Below, one piece after another: positions 32,883 to 42,885 of a stretch of DNA of 64,000 nucleotides; within the stretch, counting starts at the first letter, position 1, and each line of letters begins with the position of its first letter. The notes beneath the pieces were generated by a model, which ran no database searches, was not told the origin of the DNA, and worked only from the letters and a program-made list of their open reading frames with translations. Location: contig JAVKJV010000004.1 of NCBI GenBank assembly GCA_031458775.1, forward strand, positions 34,398 to 98,397, given 5' to 3'. A program made the translations under genes and the position numbers. The stretch comes from Candidatus Fervidifonticultor quartus (GTDB lineage: Bacteria; Sysuimicrobiota; Sysuimicrobiia; Sysuimicrobiales; Humicultoraceae).

Positions 32883-34072
32883 CTACAGGTACTGCGTCAG
32901 AAACGGGGTCTTGGTCAGAATCTCGGGTGCGCCATCGGTAATCAACGCCACGTCCTCCAGGTGCCCGCCCCCGACGCCGGGCAGGAGCACGCCGGGTTCC
33001 AACCCAACCACCATGCCGGCTGCGAGGCGCTCGGGCGCACGGCCACCGGCCACCTTCTCGCCAATGGTGGGCGGTTCATGCAGGTCTGTCCCTACCCCGT
33101 GCCCCAGAATGCCAAAGTACGTGTAGTCGGCGTACCCCCAGCGCCGCGACACCTCGGCGACCGCTTCCACAACGTCCGTTGAGAGCACGCCGGCACGCAG
33201 GCGGCTCAGACCGGTCTGGAGCATCTCGTAGACCGCGCGGTAGACCTTGACCTGCTCCTGGCTCGGCGCGCCGACAAAGGCGATACGAGCGATGTCACCA
33301 TTGTACCCGTTGACGATCGCCGTGCCGCAGTCGATCCGGACCATTTCGCCCGGGCGGATGCGTTTCATCGTTGGGAAGCGATACCCGTAGACCGCGTTAT
33401 CGCCCGAGGCCACCAGCGGATAGTATGGTATGTCCTCGGAGCCAGCCAACATCATGGCCGACGCCGCCGCGGCGGACACCTCCACTTCGGTAACACCGGC
33501 ACGTACCGCATTGATCGCCGCCTGCATGCCGAGATCGGCGACCTCGGCGGCGGCGCGGAGCATCTGCACCTCGATCGGATGCTTGATGCTGCGGGCCTCG
33601 TCAATGGCCTCGAGTCCGTCGACGAACCTCACCTCCGGCAGCGCGTCCTCAAGCAACCGCAGCGCTCCCACAGACATCAGATCCACACCGACACGGCCAC
33701 TGATCCTCTCGCGTCGCAGGCGATCCACGATGAGCGGCACCCCATCGGCAAAGACGAACGGGAACGGTACGGCGTCGGTGACCCACGGCATCGTGCGCGC
33801 CAGCCGCGCGAAGTCGCCGCTGGCCACGAAGAACACGAGTCGGCCGTCCGCGCAGAGCAGTACCGCGTACCGGGTGCCGTGAAACCACATGCTGTAGATC
33901 GGGCGGAATCCGGTACAGTACCGGATCGTGTCCAGCTTCGTGTACAGGACGGCTTCTAACCCGTGTCGGCGCATCGCGGCGGTCAGCCGACCGATGCGAT
34001 ACCTACGCACCTGATCCCAGTCGGTGCCTTGTTCCCAATCCGGTGTGACTGCCATGACCGCCTCCGGAGTCA
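32883..34072 (-). CDS. M24 family metallopeptidase (Xaa-Pro aminopeptidase/creatinase-like)
   Basis: Creatinase-N-like domain followed by the pita-bread catalytic domain (…GHGVGTDLHEPP…; GMVVGLEPG…). Start set at MTPEAV…, whose ATG overlaps the CN-hydrolase stop (ATGA). Confidence 0.75.
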
Positions 34073-34906
34073 TGATCTGCCCTCCTCCACACCGCGGTAG
34101 AAGTACCCCGGGAAGCGGCGTACCGCCTCGAGATCGATGTCCGCGTACAGGATGCCCTCGTCCTCGCCGAGAGTCTGGACGAAGCCCTCGGCGGTGTTGA
34201 TACCGCCAGCCTTGGTGCGGAACCATTCGCCAAGTTCCTCCAAGGTGGCCACGCGTGGCGGCACACAGACCGTGGTGTAACCTCCCGCCTTGGGAAAGCG
34301 CTCGACGACCCGATCGCCTTTCCGAAGGAGCAGCGAGCACGCTGCGATGTCCACGCCCACCACCGGGCGGCCGTACTCCATGTGCCGACCGACTACGGTC
34401 GCCGGGTACGCGGCGCCCAGGGCGAACCACCACGACGGGTTGAACACGATGTCGACGCCACCTTGTCGCAGAGCGTCGGCACCGTCCCTGAAGAACGCGA
34501 AGTCCGAGCAGATCACGATGCCCAGGCGCCCCACACGGGTGTCGAACACGTCGTAACCGCTCCAGGCAATCACGCCGCCGTCGATCTCGCCCTGGGTGGG
34601 GAAGTTCTTGCGCTGCCGGCCGATCACGCGACCGTCCGGACCGATGATCGTCCCTGTGTTGTACCAGCGGTCCCGCGTTCCCTCGATGAGCCCGGCGATG
34701 ACATGCAGCCCAAGCCGTGAGGCTGTGCGACACAGTTCTTCCTCTCCGACTCTGGGGTACAGCTCTGGGAAGCAGGCACAGTCGGTACCGGCGCTGGCGG
34801 CCTCCTCCAGAAGCTCGACGGCGTGACCGACGTCAGCGCCGCTCCACATGTCGTCGAACTCCACCGCGACCGGACGGGCCTGAATGGCCGCGACCCTGAC
34901 TCTCAT
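34070..34906 (-). CDS. carbon-nitrogen hydrolase family (nitrilase/amidase-like)
   Basis: CN-hydrolase catalytic-triad context: VAAIQ… (Glu region), RKNFP (Lys), and GIVICSDFAFF (Cys). Confidence 0.75.
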   Translation of the reverse strand: MRVRVAAIQARPVAVEFDDMWSGADVGHAVELLEEAASAGTDCACFPELYPRVGEEELCRTASRLGLHVIAGLIEGTRDRWYNTGTIIGPDGRVIGRQRKNFPTQGEIDGGVIAWSGYDVFDTRVGRLGIVICSDFAFFRDGADALRQGGVDIVFNPSWWFALGAAYPATVVGRHMEYGRPVVGVDIAACSLLLRKGDRVVERFPKAGGYTTVCVPPRVATLEELGEWFRTKAGGINTAEGFVQTLGEDEGILYADIDLEAVRRFPGYFYRGVEEGRS

Positions 34907-35817
34907 CGACCACCTCCCTGTCGCAGCTTCGGATCCAAAACCTCTCGCAGCCCATCGCCGAGCAAGTTGAAGCCGAGCACCGCCACCATGATGGCCAGCC
35001 CGGGGAACACAACGAGCCAGGGCGCAATCGTCATGTACTGCCGTCCGCGGCTGATCATGCCGCCGAGGGTCGGCGCGGGCGGCTGCGTGCCCAGCCCAAG
35101 GAAACTCAGCCCGGCCTCAACAAGGATCACGATCGACAGATTCAGTGTCGCGGTGACAATCAGCGGCGGCACGACGTTTGGCAGGACATGCGTGAACGCG
35201 ATCCGGCGCATCGACGCCCCCAGCGCAACCGCAGCCTGGACATAATCCATTGGGCGGGCCGCCAGGGTGACGCCGCGCGCCATCACGGCGAACTGTGGCA
35301 TGGTCAGCAGCGTGATCGTCAGGACGAGGTTGCGCAGGCTGGGCCCGAGGGCGGCGACGATCGCAATCGCGAGGAGAATGGCCGGGAACGCGAACAGGAT
35401 GTCGAACGCCCGCATGGCGAGCAGGTCGACCAGCCCGCCTGCCAGGCCGATCGCGACGCCCAGGGGTACGCCGGTCGCCGCAGCCAGGCTCACCGACGAG
35501 ACCGCGGCGAACAGCGAAGTGCGCGCGCCGTTCAGCACGCGGCTCGCGACGTCGCGGCCAAGCTCGTCGGTCCCGAAGGGAAAGTCCACTGTCGGTGGCC
35601 TCAGTTCTTCCCCTGGGTGCAGCGCGGTGGGACTGCGTACCGTCAAGACTGGAGTCAGGAGGCCCACAACCGCCAGGACGACCACCAACCCGCCGCCCAC
35701 GGACACCGACCAGTTGCGCAGCAGCCCGCGCCACCGCGTCGAGCGCACCGCCGTGTCACCGGCCGGCCACCTCCCAAGCGCGGTCGCGGATCTAGCCATA
35801 GGAGATCCGGGGGTCAA
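34903..35817 (-). CDS. peptide/nickel ABC transporter permease (DppC/OppC-like)
   Basis: BPD_transp_1 permease with EAA-like loop (…ARPMDYVQAAVALGAS…), 6 TM. Confidence 0.8.
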   Translation of the reverse strand: MTPGSPMARSATALGRWPAGDTAVRSTRWRGLLRNWSVSVGGGLVVVLAVVGLLTPVLTVRSPTALHPGEELRPPTVDFPFGTDELGRDVASRVLNGARTSLFAAVSSVSLAAATGVPLGVAIGLAGGLVDLLAMRAFDILFAFPAILLAIAIVAALGPSLRNLVLTITLLTMPQFAVMARGVTLAARPMDYVQAAVALGASMRRIAFTHVLPNVVPPLIVTATLNLSIVILVEAGLSFLGLGTQPPAPTLGGMISRGRQYMTIAPWLVVFPGLAIMVAVLGFNLLGDGLREVLDPKLRQGGGR

Positions 35818-36742
35818 CGTAGCGGTAGAGTAGATCGATGACCAGGTTGATCAACACCGCGTTGGCGGTCAGAAAGAGAATGGCTCCCTGGATCACCGTG
35901 TAGTCCCGCTGATAGATCGCGTTGACCACCAGCCGTCCAATCCCGGGCAACGCGAAGACCTCCTCGACGATCACCGCGCCGCCGATGAGCGCCACGAACT
36001 GGATGCCGCTGGCGGCGATGACAGGGATCAACGCGTTCGCCAGAGCGTGCCGGAGCGCCACGCGGCGCTCTGCAAGGCCCTTGGCCCTCGCCGTCCGTAC
36101 GTAGTCCGCGCTCAAGACCTCCAGCATGCTCGCCCGCGTGTAGCGTAACAGGATGGCCGAGATTGCGGCGCCCAGCGCGAGGGCGGCCGGCAGCATCTGG
36201 CCGATACTGCGCCACGGCGCCGCGAAGAACGACACATAACCCAGCGTCGTGATGCCCGGCGCGTACCGCGCGCCGAGCACGATCAAGACGGTCCCGAGGA
36301 AGAACGCCGGAGCCGAGATGAACAGTAGCGACCCGACCCGTATGACCGCCTCGAGCCCGCGGCCTCGCCCGGTCACAGAAAACACGCCCAGAGGTATGCC
36401 CAGCAGGGTCGCCGTGACCATGGACATGACCGTCAACTGCACGGTCACCGGATAGGCGCGCGCAATCTCCTGAGCGACAGGCGCGCCGTGCACGAGCGAG
36501 CGTCCGAGGTTCCCTCTCAGCACCGCTCCAAGCCAGTGCAGGTATTGCACGGCCAGCGGCCGGTCCAAGTGTAGCGCCTGGATGATCGCCTCGCGGTTCT
36601 GCTCGTTCTGGCTCGCGGTGATGCCCAGAAGCACGGTCACAAGATCACCCGGGATCAGGTGAATGATCGCAAACGACACCATAGAGATCCCCAGCAGCGT
36701 GGGCACCAGCAGCAACAGGCGCTTAACGACGTAGGCGCGCAT
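35792..36742 (-). CDS. peptide/nickel ABC transporter permease (DppB/OppB-like)
   Basis: Typical DppB N-terminus (VVKRLLLLVPTLLGISMVSFAIIHLIPGD) and C-terminus (YVDPRI). Confidence 0.8.
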   Translation of the reverse strand: MRAYVVKRLLLLVPTLLGISMVSFAIIHLIPGDLVTVLLGITASQNEQNREAIIQALHLDRPLAVQYLHWLGAVLRGNLGRSLVHGAPVAQEIARAYPVTVQLTVMSMVTATLLGIPLGVFSVTGRGRGLEAVIRVGSLLFISAPAFFLGTVLIVLGARYAPGITTLGYVSFFAAPWRSIGQMLPAALALGAAISAILLRYTRASMLEVLSADYVRTARAKGLAERRVALRHALANALIPVIAASGIQFVALIGGAVIVEEVFALPGIGRLVVNAIYQRDYTVIQGAILFLTANAVLINLVIDLLYRYVDPRISYG

Positions 36743-36754
36743 CGGCGAGGCGTG

Positions 36755-38368
36755 TCACCGGTCGAGCCAGACCTGCTTGAAGAAGTGCCGGCTGCGGCTC
36801 CCGGGCTGCGCTCCGGGCAGCGACACGTATCCCCTCACGTTCTCGTGCAGTAGCTCGACCGCGCCATCGGCGTAAGGATGAAGCATGTAGGCCTGGTCGG
36901 CGATGTGCCGCTGCAGTTGTTGATAGATCGCAATCCGCTTGTTGCGGTCAAGCTCCGTGCGGCCCTGCTCCAAGAGCTGATCGACGAACGGGTCGCGGAA
37001 CCTGCCGAGGTTGATCGCCGAGTCGCTGTGGTAGATGTCGTAGACATGAGCGTCGGGATCCGGCTGCCAGACGGTGGGAATCATGCTCATGCCGTCGTAG
37101 GTGGTTCGCACGAATGCCGTCAGGAGCTGACCCCACTCGCCCTGGCGGAGAGTGACACGGATCCCCGCGGCCGCAAGCTGCTCGCGCATGACCTCGCCGG
37201 CCCTCACGGTGAACGGGAATCGCGGGGGCACGTCGAGGGTCGTGTCGATCCCGTTCGCATAGCCGGCCTCGGCCAACAGCTGTCGCGCCAGCTGGGGGTT
37301 GTGCTGATAGTACGGGAGCCCTTTCTCGTCCCCGCTGTACCCGAAGGGCGCGTCGCACGGAGGAATCTTGGTCGTGATGGCACCCTTTCCGCGGCGAACC
37401 GCACGGATAATCTCCCGCCGGTTGATGCCCACGCTGACCGCCCGGCGCACGCGCACATCGTTGAACGGCGGCTTCGTCTGGTTGAACACGAGCGTGTGCT
37501 GGGCGCAGTACCCCTTGGGAGGCAGGACCGCGACGCCCGGCATGGACTTCACCTGCTCGTCGACGAGAGGATCGACCGACCACGTGTACTGAATCGTGCC
37601 GGTGCGGAGCGCGGCCAGACGCGCCGCCTCGTCGGGGATAATCCGGTACTCGACGCCATCGAGGTACGGCAGCCCCGACTCGTAGTACCGGGGGTTCCGC
37701 TTCAGGACCACGACGTTCTCGGGCACAAACCGCTCCAGCATGAACGGGCCCGTGCCGGACGCGGTTTGTTGCAGGTCACCGGACTTCTCGACGACATCGC
37801 GAGGTACGATCGCGGAGTAGTGCGGGGTCCCAAGGTACGAGAGGAACGGCGCAAATGGCCGGCGTGTTGTGAACCGGACCGTGTACTTGTCCGGGGTCTC
37901 AATGCGCTCGATGATCAGCCAGATCGACCGCCATGGCGATGCGGTACGCTGGTCGGCCATCCGCTCAAAGGTGAACTTGACGTCATCCGACGTGAGTTCG
38001 CGGCCGTGGTGAAACTGGACGCCGCGCCGCAACCTGAACACGAACGTCGTCGAGCCGGATACCTCATAGCTCTCCGCCAAGTCGGGCACCAAACGGTTGG
38101 CGGGGCTGCGCCGCAAGAGGTTGGAGTACACGTGTTCTGAGACCATCCACGTGTGGGCCGCCGCGGACTTCGCCGGGTCCAGCCCCGGAGGGCTAACGTC
38201 CGAGCCAACCACCAAGACGCCGCCTCGTTTGGGCGGGCCGCCCGGCGCCGCCAGCGCGATGCGGTCGAACTGCGACAGCGAGAGCAGCGTCACGCCCGCG
38301 CCCTTGAGGAAGGTCCGCCGGTCGATCAAGCCGTGCACCACACGCTTCTGACGTTCTCGGTCGTTCAC
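36755..38368 (-). CDS. ABC transporter substrate-binding protein, family 5 (DppA/OppA-like), Tat signal
   Basis: Twin-arginine signal (RRTFLKGAGV) and an SBP_bac_5 core (…VRFHDG/ VQFHHGREL…). Confidence 0.8.
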   Translation of the reverse strand: MNDRERQKRVVHGLIDRRTFLKGAGVTLLSLSQFDRIALAAPGGPPKRGGVLVVGSDVSPPGLDPAKSAAAHTWMVSEHVYSNLLRRSPANRLVPDLAESYEVSGSTTFVFRLRRGVQFHHGRELTSDDVKFTFERMADQRTASPWRSIWLIIERIETPDKYTVRFTTRRPFAPFLSYLGTPHYSAIVPRDVVEKSGDLQQTASGTGPFMLERFVPENVVVLKRNPRYYESGLPYLDGVEYRIIPDEAARLAALRTGTIQYTWSVDPLVDEQVKSMPGVAVLPPKGYCAQHTLVFNQTKPPFNDVRVRRAVSVGINRREIIRAVRRGKGAITTKIPPCDAPFGYSGDEKGLPYYQHNPQLARQLLAEAGYANGIDTTLDVPPRFPFTVRAGEVMREQLAAAGIRVTLRQGEWGQLLTAFVRTTYDGMSMIPTVWQPDPDAHVYDIYHSDSAINLGRFRDPFVDQLLEQGRTELDRNKRIAIYQQLQRHIADQAYMLHPYADGAVELLHENVRGYVSLPGAQPGSRSRHFFKQVWLDR

Positions 38369-38567
38369 GCCACCTCACCCCCGTTGAGTGGATCAACGTG
38401 ACACCGCGTATTTGGATGTTCTCATGCGACCGCCAACTGCGAAATCCTCCTTCGGCCGCAACGCGAGCAGGCGTCGGTGACGGCGGCGATGCACGGCCAC
38501 GGCCCGCGTCAACAGGAAACGCCGTGAACAGGTGGAACTACAGCCTTTGGCCATACGGAGGTGTGCG

Positions 38568-39488
38568 GTGCGATTCGCGACCGTTCAAGTGGGCGGCAAG
38601 GCTCATCTCGGACTCCTCGATGGGGAGCACGTGTTCCTCTTTGCGCCGCTGGCGCGCTTGGCCGCGCGCGGCAGGATCCGCGGCCGCGGCGCCTCCCCAG
38701 TCCCCGATGACCTCCTCGCCTTCATCGAACACGGATCGCTGGCGCAGGCACGCGCGGCGCTGGCGCTCGGCCGCAGCCTGCTCAAAGCCGGCAAGGCCCG
38801 CGATGTGATCCTGCCGGCATCGAAGGTCAGGTTCCTGGCCCCCATCCCGCGGCCGCGCAAGAACATTGTCTGCCTGGGTCGCAACTACGCCGAGCACGCC
38901 AAGGAGAGCGGCGGCCAGGTCCCGACGGTGCCCATCTTCTTCACCAAGCCGCCGACGTGCGTGGTCGGCCCGGGGGCGGCCGTCGTGCATCACCCCGTGA
39001 CCGAGAAACTCGACTACGAGGTCGAGTTGGCCGCGATCATCGGCCGTCGCGGCCGCGACATCCCGGAGTCACGCGCGCTCGCCCATGTCTTCGGCTACAC
39101 GATCATGAACGACGTCACCGCGCGCGACCTGCAGCGCCGGCATGAGCAGTGGTTCAAGGGCAAGTCGCTGGACACGTTCGCGCCGATGGGCCCGGTGGTC
39201 GCGCACAGGTCGGCGATCCGGGACCCGCAGAATCTCGTCCTCCGGCTTCGGGTCAATGGCGAGCAACGTCAGCACGCGAGCACGCGCGGCATGGTTTTTC
39301 CGGTCGCCCGGATCATCAGCGTGCTCTCGGCCGGCATGACGCTCGAGCCCGGCGACATCATTGCGACCGGCACGCCCGAGGGCGTCGGCATGGGGATGAA
39401 CCCGCCGGTGTGGCTGAAGCCGGGAGATGTCATGGAAGCCGAGATCGAGGGGATCGGCGTGCTGCGGAACCCGATCGTCGCGCCCTAG
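38568..39488 (+). CDS. fumarylacetoacetate hydrolase (FAH) family protein
   Basis: FAH-fold motifs (…YEVELAAIIGR…; …GDIIATGTPEGVG…). GTG start after GGAGG. Confidence 0.75.
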   Translation: MRFATVQVGGKAHLGLLDGEHVFLFAPLARLAARGRIRGRGASPVPDDLLAFIEHGSLAQARAALALGRSLLKAGKARDVILPASKVRFLAPIPRPRKNIVCLGRNYAEHAKESGGQVPTVPIFFTKPPTCVVGPGAAVVHHPVTEKLDYEVELAAIIGRRGRDIPESRALAHVFGYTIMNDVTARDLQRRHEQWFKGKSLDTFAPMGPVVAHRSAIRDPQNLVLRLRVNGEQRQHASTRGMVFPVARIISVLSAGMTLEPGDIIATGTPEGVGMGMNPPVWLKPGDVMEAEIEGIGVLRNPIVAP

Positions 39489-39507
39489 CGCCGGCCGCGG
39501 GGCAGCG

Positions 39508-39942
39508 TCACGGCGCGAGCGGCGCCAGCAGCGGGGCGACGCCCTCGAGGAAGCGCCGGTCGTCCGCCGTGAAAGCGGCGGGCCGATCACTGTCGATGTC
39601 GATTTCCCCGACCACCTTGCCGTCGGCGACGATGGGCACGACGATCTCGGACTTCGTCGAGAGGAAGCACGCCAGGTATCGGGGGTCGCGGCTCACGTCG
39701 TCGACGACCTCGGTCTGGCCTGAGGCCGCCGCCGCGCCGCACACGCCCTTCCCGATGGGAATGCGCGTGTGCTCGGTCGCGGCCGGGCCTTTCCAGGGCC
39801 CGAGGACGAGGTCCGGTCCCTCCACCCAGTAGATCCCCACCCACGAGTAGTGGGGGAACCGATCGTAGAGGTAGTCCACGACCGCCTGGGCTCCCTGCCG
39901 CGCGAGGTGACGAACTTCCTGGTGCGCGCGCACGTAGTCCAT
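39508..39942 (-). CDS. GAF-domain protein, free methionine-(R)-sulfoxide reductase (fRMsr/MsrC)-like
   Basis: 144-aa GAF with the fRMsr-type GKGVCG motif and a Cys-containing core. Confidence 0.6.
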   Translation of the reverse strand: MDYVRAHQEVRHLARQGAQAVVDYLYDRFPHYSWVGIYWVEGPDLVLGPWKGPAATEHTRIPIGKGVCGAAAASGQTEVVDDVSRDPRYLACFLSTKSEIVVPIVADGKVVGEIDIDSDRPAAFTADDRRFLEGVAPLLAPLAP

Positions 39943-40161
39943 TCCGACATGCCTCCTGGAGGGCCCCAGTGGGGCACTAACTCGTCATTATACCGAAGCC
40001 GGGGAACCGGGCGACGTACCGCTCGTCGCGCCGGGGCAACCGCACGTACGAGTGCTAGGCGTGACGTGACATGTTTGATACATTACAGGACTAAGTAGTG
40101 GTCGAATCGCGGTCGGCCCCCGGTGCAGCATACCGGCCGCCATCCGACTGGAGGTTGGGAG

Positions 40162-40593
40162 ATGACGATCAGGATCCTGCTGGCCCTCGGGCTGGTGCTC
40201 ATCACGGCGTTGGGCTTTGCGGCGTCGGTTCCGGCGCAGACACCTCAGAGAGTCGTTGAGGTCACGATGACCTCGTTCAAGTTCGAGCCCAGCCAGATCA
40301 CGATCAACGAAGGCGAGCGCGTGGTCATTCGCCTGCGGAACGCCGATCAGGCCGGTCGGCCTCATGACATTGCCTCCCGCTACTTCGTGGATCTCCCGCT
40401 CACGGTTCGCGGCGACGGCCGGCAGGCGGTCGAGGAGGGCCGGAAGTACGTGCGGGTCGACGCGGGCAAGCAGGCCGAGTTCGAGTTCGTGGCCGCCAAC
40501 CGCGGCTCATACGCGTTTATCTGCAGCGTGTTCCTGCACTCGGCCGCCGGCATGACCGGTGCGATCTTCGTCAAGCCGCAGGGCGCACAGTAG
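40162..40593 (+). CDS. secreted cupredoxin-like (type-1 copper) protein, paralog 1 (Met axial ligand)
   Basis: Signal peptide, then candidate T1Cu ligands His (RPHDIAS) and C-x4-H-x4-M (FICSVFLHSAAGM). Confidence 0.55.
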   Translation: MTIRILLALGLVLITALGFAASVPAQTPQRVVEVTMTSFKFEPSQITINEGERVVIRLRNADQAGRPHDIASRYFVDLPLTVRGDGRQAVEEGRKYVRVDAGKQAEFEFVAANRGSYAFICSVFLHSAAGMTGAIFVKPQGAQ

Positions 40594-40616
40594 TCCGGAG
40601 CCCGGGCCGCGTCATC

Positions 40617-41060
40617 GTGGAGGGGATCATGTACGCAAGGTTGGCACTGGTGGGGACGCTGGTCGCGGCCGTGACGCTGGGAATGGTCGCCGCCGCTCCG
40701 GCACAAACCACCCCGCCGAAGAGGGTCATCGAGGTGTCGATGACGTCGTACAAGTTCGAGCCCAGCCAGCTTCGGGTGACCGAAGGCGAGACGGTGGTCA
40801 TCCGGCTCAAGAACGTCGATCCGGCCGGCCGGCGTCACAACATGGCGTCGGCGTACTTCGCCACGATTCCGTTGACCCTGCGCGGCGACGGCGAAGAGGG
40901 CACGAACGAGGGCCGCAAGTACGTCGTGGTCTCCGCGGGCAAGGAGGCCGAGTTCGAGTTCGTCGCGCGCAACCGCGGCTCGTACGCGTTCATCTGTAGC
41001 CTGTTTGATCACGCCGCGCGCGGCCAGACCGGCACGTTGATCGTGCAAGCGCCGCAATAG
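40617..41060 (+). CDS. secreted cupredoxin-like protein, paralog 2 (Gln at axial position)
   Basis: ~60% identical tandem duplicate of the upstream gene. Ligand pattern His (RRHNMAS) and C-x4-H-x4-Q (FICSLFDHAARGQ). Confidence 0.55.
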   Translation: MEGIMYARLALVGTLVAAVTLGMVAAAPAQTTPPKRVIEVSMTSYKFEPSQLRVTEGETVVIRLKNVDPAGRRHNMASAYFATIPLTLRGDGEEGTNEGRKYVVVSAGKEAEFEFVARNRGSYAFICSLFDHAARGQTGTLIVQAPQ

Positions 41061-41229
41061 GGCCTGGACTCCCGGTCTTGCGGGCGGCAACGGGGGTGAG
41101 GGGGATGGAGGGCGGTCGGTCGACCGCCCTCCATGGTTTGCGACGGGCAGGGAACACGCAGGTGGCGCCGTAGTGTTTCCGGCGACCCGCACGTGTCCGA
41201 GGGTACCTGACACCGAAGGGGGGAGTTCG

Positions 41230-42801
41230 GTGACGCACAGCCCATTCAGGCTCGGGATCATCGTGGTGCTGATCGCCACGGCGTTCTCGTGGCAGAGCCC
41301 GCCGGCCGGCGCGCAGGCCGCGCCCAGGCAACTGCGCATCGCGGTGGGCATCGACGCCGACACGCTCGATCCGGTCGGCGGCACGACCACGACTGTGAAC
41401 AACATGGTCGACTACTTCTACGAAACCCTGGTGGACGTCGAGACGACGCCGGGTGAGATCAAGCCCAAGCTCGCCACGCGCTGGCAGATTTCGCGCGACG
41501 GGCTCACCTACACCTTCACCCTGCGATCAGGGGTGCGATTCCACGACGGGACGCCGATGGACTCGGCCGCGGTGAAGTTCACGCTCGAGCGACTGCTCGA
41601 CCCGCGGGTGCGGAATCCCAACCGGCATCTGTTCGCGGCGATCAAATCGGTGGAGACGTCGGGCGACCTCAACGTGCGTCTGACGCTGAGCCAGCCGAGC
41701 CCCATCCTGCTGGCGAGCCTGGGGACCACCACCGCGGCGATCCTCTCGCCAGCCGCGGTGCAACGCGCGGGCGACCGGTTCTCCGTAGCACCGACGGGCG
41801 CGGGCACCGGCCCCTACATCTTCAAGGAATGGCGCCGGGGTGACAGCATCACCGTCGAGCGGAACCCGAACTATTGGGGACAGAAGCCGTCGTTCGAGGA
41901 GGTCCAGTTCCGCGTCGTGCCCGACGCCGGCACGCGGCTGACGCAATTGCTGGCCGGCGACGTTCACATGGCGATGCTGCCGCCGGCGCCCGACGTCAAG
42001 GGCCTGCGCCGCAATCCGCGCGTGACCGTGGTCGAGGCGCCCACGGACCGCACGGTCTTCCTGGTGCTGAACAATCAGTGGGGTCCGTTCAAGGACGTGC
42101 GCGTGCGCCAGGCGATGAACTACGCGGTCAACAAGAAGGCGATCCTGGCCAGCGTGCTGTTCGACCTCGGCACCGTTTCGGTCTCGCCCTGTCCGCCGAT
42201 GATGTTTGGCGGTATCCCGGTGCAGGAGGGCGGGTGGCCGTACAATCCGATCAAGGCCAAACAGTTGCTGGCCGAGGCCGGCTACAAGGATGGCTTCGAG
42301 GTGAATTTCTTCGCACCGACGGGCCGGTACATCCAGGACTTCCAGTTCGCGCAGGCGATCAGCGCGCAGCTCCGCAACGTCGGGGTCCGCGCGAACGTGA
42401 GCACCATGGACTGGCCGTCGTACGTGGCGATGATCCTGACGCCGCCGGACCGGACGCGCGTCCAGATGATCGTGCTGGGCTGGGCCTGGCCCGTGCTGGA
42501 TTGCGACGGCGCGCTGTACGGTCAGTTCCATTCGGGCGTCGCCCACCCGCCGACCGGGCTGGGACCAGCATACTACAAGAACGAGAAGGTGGACGCGCTG
42601 CTGACCGAGGCACGGCAGACGAATGACCCAAACAAGCGGAAGGCGCTATACAAGGAAGCGCAGGAGCTGATCTGGAATGACGCACCGTGGGTCTTCCTGT
42701 GGACGCAGAAGTGGTACGTGGCCACGGTGAAGAACCTCGAGGGCGTCAAGGTCACACCGATCGAGAAGTGGCACGCGATCTACGCGACGTGGAAGCCGTA
42801 A
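41230..42801 (+). CDS. ABC transporter substrate-binding protein, family 5 (DppA/OppA-like)
   Basis: Signal peptide plus SBP_bac_5 core. Paralogous to the 36755-38368 protein (e.g. LRSGVRFHDGTP vs LRRGVQFHHGRE). GTG start after GGGGGGA. Confidence 0.8.
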   Translation: MTHSPFRLGIIVVLIATAFSWQSPPAGAQAAPRQLRIAVGIDADTLDPVGGTTTTVNNMVDYFYETLVDVETTPGEIKPKLATRWQISRDGLTYTFTLRSGVRFHDGTPMDSAAVKFTLERLLDPRVRNPNRHLFAAIKSVETSGDLNVRLTLSQPSPILLASLGTTTAAILSPAAVQRAGDRFSVAPTGAGTGPYIFKEWRRGDSITVERNPNYWGQKPSFEEVQFRVVPDAGTRLTQLLAGDVHMAMLPPAPDVKGLRRNPRVTVVEAPTDRTVFLVLNNQWGPFKDVRVRQAMNYAVNKKAILASVLFDLGTVSVSPCPPMMFGGIPVQEGGWPYNPIKAKQLLAEAGYKDGFEVNFFAPTGRYIQDFQFAQAISAQLRNVGVRANVSTMDWPSYVAMILTPPDRTRVQMIVLGWAWPVLDCDGALYGQFHSGVAHPPTGLGPAYYKNEKVDALLTEARQTNDPNKRKALYKEAQELIWNDAPWVFLWTQKWYVATVKNLEGVKVTPIEKWHAIYATWKP

Positions 42802-42885
42802 GACCCGGGGCGTCTGACGATCTGGTGGGGGCCGCGGCCGGCGGGCCGCGGCCCCCACTCAGCCCCTAGCTTCCTTGCCCCACCC

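Noticed and set aside
36878-38140. 420-aa plus-strand ORF
   Set aside because: Antisense to the family-5 SBP gene; low-complexity Arg/Leu/Val translation.
40380-41405. 341-aa minus-strand ORF
   Set aside because: Antisense to the two cupredoxin genes, which have signal peptides and paralog support.
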